NCBI GenBank assembly: GCA_946493085.1
Contig: CAMMAC010000004.1
Span: 47 to 64,046, forward strand
Length of the DNA: 64,000 nt
Reading direction: 5' to 3'
Origin: an uncultured Clostridiaceae bacterium
Lineage (GTDB): Bacteria > Bacillota > Clostridia > TANB77 > CAG-508
Shown piece by piece: positions 19,818 to 29,960 of this stretch (position 1 is its first letter; each line of letters begins with the position of its first letter). The notes below the pieces were generated by a model that ran no database searches, was not told where the DNA came from, and saw nothing but the letters and a program-made list of their open reading frames with translations. The position numbers were made by a program, and so were the translations under genes.

Positions 19818-20094
19818 AATTGATAATAATTATCAATTTTAAAAAGCGAAATTTCAAAACAGCTAAAAATAAGCAAAAAATGACAGTGAGAAAAATAGAT
19901 AAAAGTAAAATATAAGTATTGTAATATTTTTGTAAAAAAACTGTAACAAAAACGAAACAGAAAAAAAGAAGTGACTTTTACCAATTGTTGCAGAAAAAAA
20001 GTTGCCTAAAAAACAGATTGGATAAATTTGACAAAACACGTAAAACCTAGCAATACCAACACTTACAGAATATGCGAACATTATGAAAACAGAT

Positions 20095-20123
20095 TTGACT
20101 TTTTAAAAGAATTCATATAGTAT
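20095..20123 (+). promoter_or_regulatory. promoter candidate for nrdDG
   Basis: TTGACT, 17 nt, TAGTAT. Confidence 0.4.
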
Positions 20124-20154
20124 GTAGATAATTTCAAAGAGAACTACATACTAT
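20117..20154. promoter_or_regulatory. 11-bp inverted repeat in the nrdD leader (operator or attenuator)
   Basis: ATAGTATGTAG, 16 nt, CTACATACTAT followed by TTTTTT. The left arm overlaps the putative -10. Confidence 0.4.
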
Positions 20155-20235
20155 TTTTTATCGAAAAAAGAAAAAACAAAAAATGAGAACAGTTCTCAAA
20201 ATCGAAAAATAAATGTACAAATAGGGGGTATTACA

Positions 20236-22533
20236 ATGCAAGTTATTAAAAGAGACGGTAGAGTTGCAGAATTTAATCCAGAAAGAATTATTAAAGCAGT
20301 TACACTAGCTATGTCACAAACACCAGGAGGTGTAGATATAGATTTAGCCAACAAAATTGCAGATAGTGTTAAAAAACAATTAGAAGATAAAAATCAAGTA
20401 TCTGTATATGAAATACAAGATTTAGTAGAGAAAAAATTAATGTCTTCTTCTAGAAAAGAAGTAGCACAAGCTTATATTACCTACAGATATAATAGAGATG
20501 TAGCAAGAAAATCTAAAACAAAAGAAATGTTCTTAGAAATTATAGAAACTAAAGCAAACGACGTAACAAGGGAAAATGCTAATATGAATGCAGATACACC
20601 AGCAGGAATGATGATGAAATTTGCTTCAGAAACAACTAAACCATTTGTAGATGATTTTCTACTATCACCAGAAGCAAGAGAGGCATTCCAAAAAGGGTAT
20701 ATTCATATTCATGATAAAGACTATTACCCAACTAAATCTTTAACATGCTTGCAACACCCATTAGATAAAATATTAAAAAACGGATTTAAAGCAGGACATG
20801 GAGCCTCTAGACCAGCAAAAAGAATAGAAACAGCTAGTATTTTAGGATGTATTTCCATGGAAACCGTACAAAATGAAATGCATGGTGGACAAGCTATTCC
20901 AGCATTTGATTTCTACTTAGCACCATATGTAAAAGCCTCTTTTATAGAAGAAATTAAAAAAATAGAAGAATTTTTGGATAAAGATTTATCTCACCTTTAT
21001 GATTATCAAGTAAAAGATTATATTAAAAAAGATTTAAAAGGATTAGAGGGAGACGAAAGAGATATTCAAGCAGCTATTAATAATACAGTAGGAAGAGTAC
21101 ATCAATCTATGGAAGCATTTATCCATAATATGAATACTATCCATTCTAGAGGAGGAAACCAAGTAGTATTTAGTTCTATCAACTATGGAACAGATACTTC
21201 ACCAGAGGGAAGATGTATTATAAGAGAATTATTACTTTCTACAGAAAGAGGAGTGGGCAATAACGAAACACCAATTTTCCCAATCCAAATTTGGAAAAAG
21301 AAAAGAGGAGTAAATTATCTACCAGAAGATCCAAACTATGATTTATATAAATTAGCATGTAGAGTAACAGCAAAAAGATTTTTCCCTAACTTTATTAACT
21401 TAGATGCAACCTTTAATCAACATCCAAAGTGGAATAAAGATGACCCAAATAGATATTACTATGAGTGTGCTACCATGGGATGCAGAACGAGAGTATTTAA
21501 AGATAGACATGGAGAAGATACTTCTATAGGAAGAGGAAATTTATCTTTTACTACGATCAATCTTCCAAGAATTGCAATAGAGTCAGCTTATGAAGCACAA
21601 GAGCAAGTAGGTATCAGCTTTGTATTAGGCAAAGGCAGTGAAGAGCACATGACAGCAGCTTACAAAAAAGCAGTAAAGAAAATATTTATGCAAAAATTAG
21701 AAAAATATTGTGACATTACAGCAAGACAATTATATGATAGATATAAATTCCAATCAACAGCTATTGCAAAACAGTTCCCATTATTAATGAGTGGACTTTG
21801 GGAAGATAGCGAAAATCTAAAACCAAATGATACTATTGCATCCGTTATTAAACATGGAACTTTGGGAGTAGGATTTATAGGACTTGCAGAATGTTTAACA
21901 GCATTAACTGGAAAACATCATGCAGAATCAGAAGAATCTCAAAAATTAGGATTAGAAATTGTAGGATTAATTCACGAATGTTGTGAAAATTATTCTGAAA
22001 GATATGATTTAAACTATTCTGTACTTGCGACACCAGCAGAAGGATTATCTGGAAGGTTTACCAGAATCGATCAAAAAGAATTTGGAACGATTTTAGGAGT
22101 AACAGACAGAGAATATTATACAAACTCTAACCATGTACCAGTATGGTATAAATGTACAGCAGAGCAAAAAGCAAAAATAGAAGCACCATACCATGCTATG
22201 ACAGAAGGAGGACACATCTTCTATATTGAGCTTGATGGAGATGCTACTCACAACCCAGAATCTGTAGAAGCAGTAGTAGATTTAATGGATAAATATAATA
22301 TGGGATATGGTAGTGTAAACCATACAAGATCTAGATGCTTAGATTGCGGATTTGAAAATGCAGATGCAGATTTAAAAGAATGTCCAGTATGCGGAAGCAA
22401 AAATATAGATACTATCCAAAGAATAACCGGATATTTAGTAGGAACTACAGAACGTTGGAATAATGCAAAAAGAGCAGAACTAAGAGATAGAGTAACTCAT
22501 ATAGGTGGAGATAATGGAATAAAAGGTGCATAA
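20236..22533 (+). CDS. nrdD: anaerobic ribonucleoside-triphosphate reductase
   Basis: N-terminal ATP-cone (VIKRDGR...F), C-terminal Zn ribbon CLDCG...CPVCG and glycyl-radical motif RITGYLVG. 765 aa. Confidence 0.95.
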   Translation: MQVIKRDGRVAEFNPERIIKAVTLAMSQTPGGVDIDLANKIADSVKKQLEDKNQVSVYEIQDLVEKKLMSSSRKEVAQAYITYRYNRDVARKSKTKEMFLEIIETKANDVTRENANMNADTPAGMMMKFASETTKPFVDDFLLSPEAREAFQKGYIHIHDKDYYPTKSLTCLQHPLDKILKNGFKAGHGASRPAKRIETASILGCISMETVQNEMHGGQAIPAFDFYLAPYVKASFIEEIKKIEEFLDKDLSHLYDYQVKDYIKKDLKGLEGDERDIQAAINNTVGRVHQSMEAFIHNMNTIHSRGGNQVVFSSINYGTDTSPEGRCIIRELLLSTERGVGNNETPIFPIQIWKKKRGVNYLPEDPNYDLYKLACRVTAKRFFPNFINLDATFNQHPKWNKDDPNRYYYECATMGCRTRVFKDRHGEDTSIGRGNLSFTTINLPRIAIESAYEAQEQVGISFVLGKGSEEHMTAAYKKAVKKIFMQKLEKYCDITARQLYDRYKFQSTAIAKQFPLLMSGLWEDSENLKPNDTIASVIKHGTLGVGFIGLAECLTALTGKHHAESEESQKLGLEIVGLIHECCENYSERYDLNYSVLATPAEGLSGRFTRIDQKEFGTILGVTDREYYTNSNHVPVWYKCTAEQKAKIEAPYHAMTEGGHIFYIELDGDATHNPESVEAVVDLMDKYNMGYGSVNHTRSRCLDCGFENADADLKECPVCGSKNIDTIQRITGYLVGTTERWNNAKRAELRDRVTHIGGDNGIKGA

Positions 22534-22610
22534 TAGAGATATTTCATAAAAAAGATAATTACTTCTCTGAAAAACAGGAAAAATATATAAAATAAGGGAG
22601 ATAGAAATAA

Positions 22611-23114
22611 ATGAAAATGGCAGGATTTTATGATGAAAGTATATCCAATGGATTAGGATGGAGAGCCGTATTATTTGTGAGTGGTTGCCCACATCATTGC
22701 CCTGGATGTCATAATGCACAAGCACAAGACTATAATTATGGACAAGAATTTCATAAACAAGAAATTATAGATAAAATATGTGAAAATTCTATTTTAAAAG
22801 GAATTACTATTAGTGGAGGAGAACCACTTTGCAAAGAAAATATAGGTGAGGTAGTTAGCTTCATTAAAGATGTCAAAAAAGTAAGACCAAATTTTAACGT
22901 ATGGTGTTATTCAGGTTATACCATAGAACAGTTAGAAGCAAGAAATGATACAGTAACAAATGAAGCATTAAAAGAAATTGATGTTTTAGTAGATGGTAGA
23001 TTTGTACAAGAAAAGAAAAATCCAACTCTAAAATTTAGAGGTTCAGAAAACCAAAGAATATTGGATGTACAGCAGTGTTTGCAACAACATAGAATAGTAG
23101 AGCTTGCAATTTAG
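22611..23114 (+). CDS. nrdG: anaerobic RNR activating protein (radical SAM)
   Basis: GCPHHCPGCHN cluster motif, 167 aa, immediately downstream of nrdD. Confidence 0.9.
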   Translation: MKMAGFYDESISNGLGWRAVLFVSGCPHHCPGCHNAQAQDYNYGQEFHKQEIIDKICENSILKGITISGGEPLCKENIGEVVSFIKDVKKVRPNFNVWCYSGYTIEQLEARNDTVTNEALKEIDVLVDGRFVQEKKNPTLKFRGSENQRILDVQQCLQQHRIVELAI

Positions 23115-23133
23115 GGACGTTCTTTAAATTGCA
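23105..23133. repeat. REP-like palindrome (GCAATTT arm)
   Basis: TGCAATTTAGGGACGTTCTTTAAATTGCA. It contains the final A-I-TAG of nrdG. Confidence 0.85.
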
Positions 23134-23447
23134 TAAAAGATAGGAGAAAGAAAAAGAAGATTACTGAAAAGTAGCTTCGGAAAGCTTTCTCTTTTTCTTT
23201 TGCGTAAGCTACAAGGATTACTACGGAAAAAAGAAAAGAAAAATGGAAAAAATAGATAATTGATGTAAAAGGCTTCTAATTGTTACAATAAAATAAGAAG
23301 ACTAAAAATACTCGTGAAAAATAAATTTTTTACCTTTTTATATTGAAAATTATGTAAATAAGTATATAGCAAAATAAATAAAATTTATATTAGACAAAAG
23401 AAATATTCTATAAAATAATACAAAAAACATAAGAAAAGGGGTAAAAA

Positions 23448-24185
23448 ATGAAAAAAGATAATGGAATTACAATGGTAACTTTAGCAGTAACGATTATCAT
23501 ATTAATTATATTAGCAGGAGTGAGTATAAATACTTTAGTAGGAGACAATGGAATTATAACAATGGCGGAGAAAGCTAGAGAAAACATAATGTTGGCCCAA
23601 ACAGAAGAACAAAAACAACTAAATGAGCTATATGAAGAATTAGAACAAAATCAAGGGAGTACTATTCCAGATGAGGATGAACAAATAGCAAAGTTATTAG
23701 AGCAATTAAAGGAAAAAGAACAAATTATTCAAAATTTGACGACAGAATTAAATACATTCAAAAAACAAATAGCAACAGCAATTACAGAAGAAGGGATTCA
23801 AACTGCTGAGACAGATACAGCAGAGACGATGGCACAAAATATACATGCTATTGCAGGAAAAGCTCAGCAATTAAATGGTACGTTAGGTACTTATAGACAT
23901 GTAAGTTATGCAATAGCTACTTTAACAATAGATGTAAGCGATTATGATACATTTGAAATAGGAACCTTTACAGGATATAGAACAACAGATAATTATTTTT
24001 ATCTATCTATTATAGCAGATGATACAACATTAACTTCAGAATCTGGTCGCTCGATAGACTATTTGAATACGAATTATGCAGGAAAAATATATGATGTTTC
24101 CAACGTTACAACCTTGAAAGTTCAATTTTCACAAATAGAAAATAGTGTTCGCTATGAGGCAAATATGACATATACATTAAAATAA
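23448..24185 (+). CDS. prepilin-like N-terminus protein, paralog of 10564..11553
   Basis: KKDNG/ITMVTLAVTIIILIILAGVSI. The first ~65 and ~105-140 residues parallel the 10564 protein (GDNGIIT..KARENI.LAQTEE...TDTAETMA.NI). The C-terminus is unrelated. Confidence 0.75.
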   Translation: MKKDNGITMVTLAVTIIILIILAGVSINTLVGDNGIITMAEKARENIMLAQTEEQKQLNELYEELEQNQGSTIPDEDEQIAKLLEQLKEKEQIIQNLTTELNTFKKQIATAITEEGIQTAETDTAETMAQNIHAIAGKAQQLNGTLGTYRHVSYAIATLTIDVSDYDTFEIGTFTGYRTTDNYFYLSIIADDTTLTSESGRSIDYLNTNYAGKIYDVSNVTTLKVQFSQIENSVRYEANMTYTLK

Positions 24186-24200
24186 CATACATAGAATAGA

Positions 24201-24238
24201 AAAAAATCTAGGATGAAGAGTGGTCCTAGATTTTTTTG
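24201..24238 (+). terminator. intrinsic terminator (A-tract/T-tract flanked)
   Basis: TCTAGGA-TGAAGAGTGG-TCCTAGA followed by TTTTTTT. Confidence 0.65.
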
Positions 24239-24344
24239 TTTTTAAAGAGGGTTAGTAGAAAATGTAAAAATAATAACATAATGACATAAAATCACTTGAG
24301 AATAAAAAGAACAAATAAGAAAATAAAAGTGAAGGGAGCAACAT

Positions 24345-25790
24345 ATGAAAAAAATAAGAAGTGAAAAAGGAGCAATAGCAGCGTTAGTGGTAGTAACAGT
24401 CCTTATGTTTGTACTTATTTTAATGGGAACTTATATGGCTATTACTAATTTAAGAAAATCACAATTAGAAAGTGATATACGAATACAGCAACTGTATGGT
24501 GGAGATGTAGCAAGAATAGAAGAAGTGTACAACGAGGTTATCGGAGAAAAAGTAGAGGAAGGACCAATATTTACAACAGTAACAAATCCACCAGATATAG
24601 AAGGATTTAATAAGGATAATACTTACTATGTAGCGTGGGATATAGAGAGTAGTCCATATGAAATAAATGACACCATACCAATCAGTGAAAATCCACCAAG
24701 TAATTGGTATGATTATACAGAAGGAATAAATCATTGGGCAAATATAAAAACAACAGGAGGAGGCAATGATTGCTATTGGGTATGGATACCAAGATATGCC
24801 TATAAAGTACCAACAAGAAGTAGTACAGCGCAAACAATAGAGATAAAATTTCTAGAAGGGACAAGCAATGTACCAATAGGAGAAACAGGAGAAATCACTA
24901 ATACAACACCAACTCCAGGAACATGGGTAGTACACCCAGCATTTACGAATAGTGGAAATGGAGGATTTGGAGAATTAGAAGGCATATGGGTAGCAAAATT
25001 TGAGGCAAGTAGTAGTCAAGTAAGTGAAGCAACAGTCAATACAGATTTGACAACAACAGGGGGAGGAAATACAACTAGTTTGCAAGTAAGAGTAATTCCT
25101 AATGTAACCAGTTGGAGAGGTATAACAGTAGGAAATATATTTACAGTATGTAGAAACTTGACCACAGATGGCAATTCTGTAGAAGGAGCGACTAGTGTGG
25201 ATAGTCATATGATGAAAAACACAGAATGGGGAGCATGTGCATATTTAAGTAGAAGTGTTTACGGAAAGAATGGAGCAGTATGGAACAATCCATATTACAA
25301 CAATAGAACGAATTATTCTCCAATAACAGGGCTTTGTGGAACAAGTCAGGACGCAAGTACAACAGATGTTAATAATACATATAGATATAATACAGAAGGG
25401 GGAATTAATGCTAGCACATCAGGAAATGTATATGGAATTTTTGATATGGCTGGAGGCTCAATAGATTACACCGCAGGAGTACTAAGCGGTAATTTATCTA
25501 ATGGAAGATATTATGATTTTACAACAATAGATCCTAAATATTATGATACTTATACTGGGTATAATGATATAAAATATGGAGATGCTGTATATGAGACATC
25601 AATTGGTTCAACTGGAACAACAGCTTGGGATACAGCTTATTCAGAAATTCCGTTTTCTACTAGTCCCATTTTTAAATATGGAGGACAAGCATGTAATGGT
25701 TCTTTGGCTGGAATATTCTGTTTTAGTAGTTATACAGGAGATGGTCATACCTGTAATACATTTCGTCCGTGCTTAGTTATGTCAGAATAG
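24345..25790 (+). CDS. PilX/minor-pseudopilin-like N-terminus fused to an FGE-sulfatase/C-type-lectin-like domain
   Basis: N-terminus SEKGAIAALVVVTVLMFVLILMG...RKSQLESD.RIQQLYGG. Then WVWIPRYAYK, HPAFTN, GIWVAKFEAS, NTEWGACAYLSRSVYG and C-terminal TFRPCLV. Confidence 0.7.
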   Translation: MKKIRSEKGAIAALVVVTVLMFVLILMGTYMAITNLRKSQLESDIRIQQLYGGDVARIEEVYNEVIGEKVEEGPIFTTVTNPPDIEGFNKDNTYYVAWDIESSPYEINDTIPISENPPSNWYDYTEGINHWANIKTTGGGNDCYWVWIPRYAYKVPTRSSTAQTIEIKFLEGTSNVPIGETGEITNTTPTPGTWVVHPAFTNSGNGGFGELEGIWVAKFEASSSQVSEATVNTDLTTTGGGNTTSLQVRVIPNVTSWRGITVGNIFTVCRNLTTDGNSVEGATSVDSHMMKNTEWGACAYLSRSVYGKNGAVWNNPYYNNRTNYSPITGLCGTSQDASTTDVNNTYRYNTEGGINASTSGNVYGIFDMAGGSIDYTAGVLSGNLSNGRYYDFTTIDPKYYDTYTGYNDIKYGDAVYETSIGSTGTTAWDTAYSEIPFSTSPIFKYGGQACNGSLAGIFCFSSYTGDGHTCNTFRPCLVMSE

Positions 25791-25998
25791 ATATTATCAT
25801 AAATGTAAGTTATAAAAAGAAAGTCGATATCGTATAAAGATAGAGACTTTTTTGCTTTTATGAAACATCAAAAGTAGATTGACAAAAAAAGAGAATAAAG
25901 ATAGAATAAGAGTACAAAAAATATAAAAACAAATAAACATAATAAGAATAAGTAATGAAAAAATTGGGGAGCATAAGAAAAAAGAAGGGAGAAAACGT

Positions 25999-26925
25999 AT
26001 GAAGAGAATAGTAAAAAGTGAAAAAGGGGCCATAGCAGCATTAGTGGTAGTAACAGTTCTTATGTTTGTACTGATTTTAATGGGAACTTATATGGCTATC
26101 ACTAACTTAAGAAAATCACAACTAGAAAGTGATATACGAATACAGCAAATATATGGAGGAGAGTTAGATAATATAGAAGAATCATATAATTCTGCAATAA
26201 ATAATTTACCAGAAATACCGATAGAACAGTTAAAAGTAGGCGATTATATCAAATATAATAGTGGAGAAAATGGAGTAATAACTTGCAGAGTATTATATGA
26301 AGCAAATTCAGAATATGGTTTGCAAATTATATCCGATAAAAATGTTAAAAATGTAACATTAGGAGGAAGTGACTGGAAAACAGCTAAAGAATCTTATAAT
26401 ACTGCTATAGAAAATTTAAACAATGAAGCAGAAGAATATATTAATGATGCATATGCAAGTGATGCAAGATGTGTAGGAAGCATTCCTACAATAGATGAAA
26501 ATGGAATATTTGTAGAAAAAGATAGCGTAACAGAAACTACTATCATACTACCACCTGGAGATTGGCAAAGTTATACTAGACCAAGTGGATGGGAAAGTGA
26601 TGATACTGGATGCTACGGAGAGGATAATAATTACATGACAGATGAAGAACAATTAAAAGAGGGAAATATATGGATTACAGGAGAATATTATTGGTTAGCT
26701 TCTCATTTTGTTTATCCAGATTCTACAAAATATACTTTTTATGTACGTTATACACATCCAGAAGGAGATATGCCTTCTAGTATTTTATGTATGGTATATA
26801 ATGACGGTACTACGGAAGCTTGGCAACATGGAGATACTGGATTACGTCCATGTATAGCGTTAAAATCAGATATTACTGTAAGAGGTGGAGACGGAAGTAT
26901 GGAAAAACCATATATTATAGTATAA
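25999..26925 (+). CDS. PilX/minor-pseudopilin-like N-terminus with a different C-terminal domain
   Basis: The N-terminal ~50 aa are nearly identical to the 24345 protein. The C-terminal motifs YYWLASHFV ... GLRPCIALK resemble WWLRS/GVRP-type (DUF6273-like) domains, from memory. Confidence 0.7.
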   Translation: MKRIVKSEKGAIAALVVVTVLMFVLILMGTYMAITNLRKSQLESDIRIQQIYGGELDNIEESYNSAINNLPEIPIEQLKVGDYIKYNSGENGVITCRVLYEANSEYGLQIISDKNVKNVTLGGSDWKTAKESYNTAIENLNNEAEEYINDAYASDARCVGSIPTIDENGIFVEKDSVTETTIILPPGDWQSYTRPSGWESDDTGCYGEDNNYMTDEEQLKEGNIWITGEYYWLASHFVYPDSTKYTFYVRYTHPEGDMPSSILCMVYNDGTTEAWQHGDTGLRPCIALKSDITVRGGDGSMEKPYIIV

Positions 26926-26963
26926 TAGTATATATATAAAATTTAGCAATAGAGCAAAAAAAG

Positions 26964-27013
26964 AATGTGAACAACTGACAAAAGGGGCCGGCCTTTTGGC
27001 AGATGTTCACATT
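26964..27013 (+). terminator. long intrinsic terminator hairpin
   Basis: AATGTGAACA...AAAAGGGGCC GGCCTTTTGG...TGTTCACATT followed by TTTTC. Confidence 0.7.
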
Positions 27014-27227
27014 TTTCTTCTAGCCTATTGTTTTTTCGACTATTTTACGATAAAATAAGTGAAAATAGAATAAAGAAACGAAGGAAAAAGAAAATAAATA
27101 AAAAAATATATCACAAGTTGTAAAAAACTTTTTTAATTTTGGGGCGCAAATACGACAAATATTGTAGACAGCTTGTACTAGAATAGAAACAGGAAAAAAG
27201 AAATTAAAAAAGTAAGAGGTGGTAAGG

Positions 27228-29744
27228 ATGTTTCAGAATATAGCAAGAGATTTTGACGAGGATAAGCAAAATCAGAATGAGGATGTAGAATATAAAAAAA
27301 GTAAAAAAAGGTCTTTTGTAGAGGCAATGCAGAGAGCTTTTACAAAACAGAATATTATTTTATATATAATTGCCTTTATGGTATCTATGGTAGGAATAGG
27401 GGAGCAAAAGGAAATAGCACCTTTTGGAATTGCCATATTAGCAGCCATATTAGGAAATGGAATTCCCATAGGGATTACAACCATCCTAGTAGCCATAGGA
27501 AATGCTATTAGCTTTGGTGGAGCAAGTACGCTAAATTTAATTTTAACAATATTTATTTTAATTATAACAATGCTTATAAAGCCAGTAACCTATGAACAAG
27601 ATAGAAACGAAAAAAGAAAATTAGGTGGAAGATTAGTAATAAGTACACTTCTTGTGCAAGTAGGAACCGTTTTTTTTCATCAAGTTTTGGTGTACGATTT
27701 ATTGCTAGGAATTTTGTATAGTGTTGCGGCCTATATTTTCTATAAAATATTTGTCAATAGTTTATCAGTTGTGACACAAATAGGAGAAAAACGTGCTTAT
27801 GCCATAGAAGAAGTAATGGGAGCAAGCCTAATGCTAGCTATCGCTATTACTACCTTATCAGAAGTACATATATTTGACTATTCTATTGCTAATATTGGTT
27901 GCATCTTTCTAGTATTATTAATGGGATGGAAAAATGGTATCCTTGTGGGAGCAACAGCAGGAATTACTATTGGATGTGTAGTGGGTATTATTGGACAAGG
28001 AGATCCTGTTTTAGTAGGAACCTATGCCATTTCTGGTATGATAGCAGGTATATTTAGTCGATTTGGAAAAATAGGTGTAATTGTAGGATTTATCGTAGGA
28101 AATGCCATATTAACGTATCGATTTAATGGAAATGTAGAATCTATTATCCAAATACAAGAAATATTTTTAGCTGCTTTAGGACTTTTAGCAGTACCTAAAA
28201 ATGTGAAGATAGATATAGAAGATTTATTTGGTAGCACAAAATTATTACCTGTTACAACAGGTAATCAGCTAGAAGAAAGTGAAGAAACTATTTTTAAACT
28301 AAACTCCATGTCAGAAACTATTTCACAAATGGCAAAAACGTATGGAGAGGCAGCAGCTACTGTAGTGGAGGAAGAAGAACTACAAAAACGAGAAAAAGAA
28401 AATGAAAGTATTTTTGATAGAGAATTACAAAATCATTTAGAGGGAATGGAAGACAATATTTTATTTGACGACATCTATTTGCCAGAAGAAAGCTTTTTAG
28501 AGGATTTGTTTAAAATATTAGAAGAAAACGGAAAAATAACCAGAAGAGAGTTACTAGATTTACTAGAAAAACATAATAGCTATATAGTAGGTGCAGAAAA
28601 AGACTATATTGGAGACGATATAGAAAAAGATATAAAAGATATGCTAAGAGCTATTACACAAGCCTATAAAGCAAGTAAAAAACAATTTGTCTATCAAAAA
28701 AAGATAGAAGAAAATCAAAAAGTAATTTCCAATCAGTTAGAAGAAGTATCTAAAGCAATCAGTAATTTAGCAGAAGAAATAGAAAAACCAAAAGAAGAGG
28801 TTTTTGTAGAAGAAAAAATACAAATTCAAAAGTTGCTGGAACAAAAAGAAATAGCCATTAAAAATATTAGTATTAAACAACAAGCAACAGGTAGAATAGA
28901 GGTGACATTATACACAGATGTGTGTGAAAATGTGGAAAACCCTACCTGTGATGTCAAGAAAATGGGAAGAATGATAGGAAAAGTATTTGGTATGCATATG
29001 ATGTTACAAAAACAGGAATGTGGATTACGTTTAGGAAAGTCTACTTGTTCCTATACCTATGTAGCAGAAGATAAACAAAATATACAAATTGGAGTGGCAA
29101 GAGCAACAAAAACAGGCTCTAATATGTCAGGTGATAGTAGTATACAAACAAGATTAGATGACGGAAAATATCTGCTTGCTATTAGTGATGGTATGGGTTC
29201 CGGAAAAGAGGCAAAGAAAAGTAGTAAAACAGCCATTAGTATGCTAGAAAAACTATTAACATCTGGTTTTGATAAAGATACTTCCCTAAAATTAATTAAT
29301 TCCACATTAGAAATGGCAGCAGGACAAGAAGATATGTACGCCACATTAGATATTGCAATTTTGGACCTATATGCAAAACAATTAGAATTTATCAAAAATG
29401 GAGCTTGTCCAACCTATGTAAAACATGGAAAACAAGTAGAAATTCTAAAAGCAATTGGACTTCCAACAGGAATAGTAGAAGATATCGACTTAGTGGTATA
29501 TGAAAGAGACTTAGTAGAAGGTGATATTTTAGTAATGTGTAGTGATGGAGTAATAGAATCCACAACAGAATATATGAATAAAGAATTGTGGTTACAATTT
29601 TTATTAGAAGAAATAGAAACTCAAGATGCACAAAAAATAGCAGATTTAATATTGCAAGAAGCCATAGATAATGGCTATGGCACACAAAAAGATGATATGA
29701 CAGTAATTGTAGCAAGAATTACAAAAAAAGCAAATGAACTTTAG
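27228..29744 (+). CDS. spoIIE: stage II sporulation protein E (PP2C phosphatase with polytopic N-terminal domain)
   Basis: About 10 TM helices, then a PP2C region (SGDS...LAISDGMGSG...CSDGV...DDMTVIV). The ATG at 27228 follows GAGGTGG; the track ORF starts at a GTG at 27219. Confidence 0.9.
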   Translation: MFQNIARDFDEDKQNQNEDVEYKKSKKRSFVEAMQRAFTKQNIILYIIAFMVSMVGIGEQKEIAPFGIAILAAILGNGIPIGITTILVAIGNAISFGGASTLNLILTIFILIITMLIKPVTYEQDRNEKRKLGGRLVISTLLVQVGTVFFHQVLVYDLLLGILYSVAAYIFYKIFVNSLSVVTQIGEKRAYAIEEVMGASLMLAIAITTLSEVHIFDYSIANIGCIFLVLLMGWKNGILVGATAGITIGCVVGIIGQGDPVLVGTYAISGMIAGIFSRFGKIGVIVGFIVGNAILTYRFNGNVESIIQIQEIFLAALGLLAVPKNVKIDIEDLFGSTKLLPVTTGNQLEESEETIFKLNSMSETISQMAKTYGEAAATVVEEEELQKREKENESIFDRELQNHLEGMEDNILFDDIYLPEESFLEDLFKILEENGKITRRELLDLLEKHNSYIVGAEKDYIGDDIEKDIKDMLRAITQAYKASKKQFVYQKKIEENQKVISNQLEEVSKAISNLAEEIEKPKEEVFVEEKIQIQKLLEQKEIAIKNISIKQQATGRIEVTLYTDVCENVENPTCDVKKMGRMIGKVFGMHMMLQKQECGLRLGKSTCSYTYVAEDKQNIQIGVARATKTGSNMSGDSSIQTRLDDGKYLLAISDGMGSGKEAKKSSKTAISMLEKLLTSGFDKDTSLKLINSTLEMAAGQEDMYATLDIAILDLYAKQLEFIKNGACPTYVKHGKQVEILKAIGLPTGIVEDIDLVVYERDLVEGDILVMCSDGVIESTTEYMNKELWLQFLLEEIETQDAQKIADLILQEAIDNGYGTQKDDMTVIVARITKKANEL

Positions 29745-29762
29745 GGATGTTCTTTCAATTGT
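29736..29762. repeat. degenerate REP-like palindrome (hybrid arms)
   Basis: GAACTTTAGGGATGTTCTTTCAATTGT. It supplies the final E-L-TAG of spoIIE. The right arm is degraded. Confidence 0.55.
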
Positions 29763-29924
29763 ACGATAAAATATTTGTCTTATTTAAGTCATGGATAAAT
29801 GTGACATATCCCAAAAATGTCAGGGATAAGTGGGACACACCAAGAATAATGTCGAAAATTATGGAAATAAGTAACCACCAAAAAACAAAGATAAAGAATA
29901 AGAAAGAAATAGAAGAAAGGTATA

Positions 29925-29954
29925 ATCCTCCTTGTAAGAAAAAGTAAGGAGGAT
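29925..29954 (+). promoter_or_regulatory. anti-Shine-Dalgarno hairpin in the leader of 29961
   Basis: ATCCTCCTT (29925..29933) is perfectly complementary to AAGGAGGAT (29946..29954), the RBS 6 nt before the ATG. A TATAAT hexamer is at 29921..29926. Confidence 0.5.
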
Positions 29955-29960
29955 AAAATT

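Noticed and set aside
19816-19840. Palindrome AAAATTGATAATAATTATCAATTTT after the lysozyme gene, considered as a terminator
   Set aside because: The stem is entirely A/T and has almost no loop. It may work weakly, but I cannot support it as a feature.
19863-20081. 72-aa minus-strand ORF in the lysozyme-nrdD intergenic region (similarly 25797..26033, 29747..29947, 37059..37244 and 37280..37510)
   Set aside because: These are Phe/Leu/Ile-rich translations of A/T-tract intergenic DNA with no RBS. They overlap promoters or leaders of real genes.
27151-27157. Spo0A box upstream of spoIIE (TACGACA = reverse complement TGTCGTA)
   Set aside because: It has one mismatch to TGTCGAA, is a single copy, and I could not place a convincing promoter around it. 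This is too weak to report as a site.
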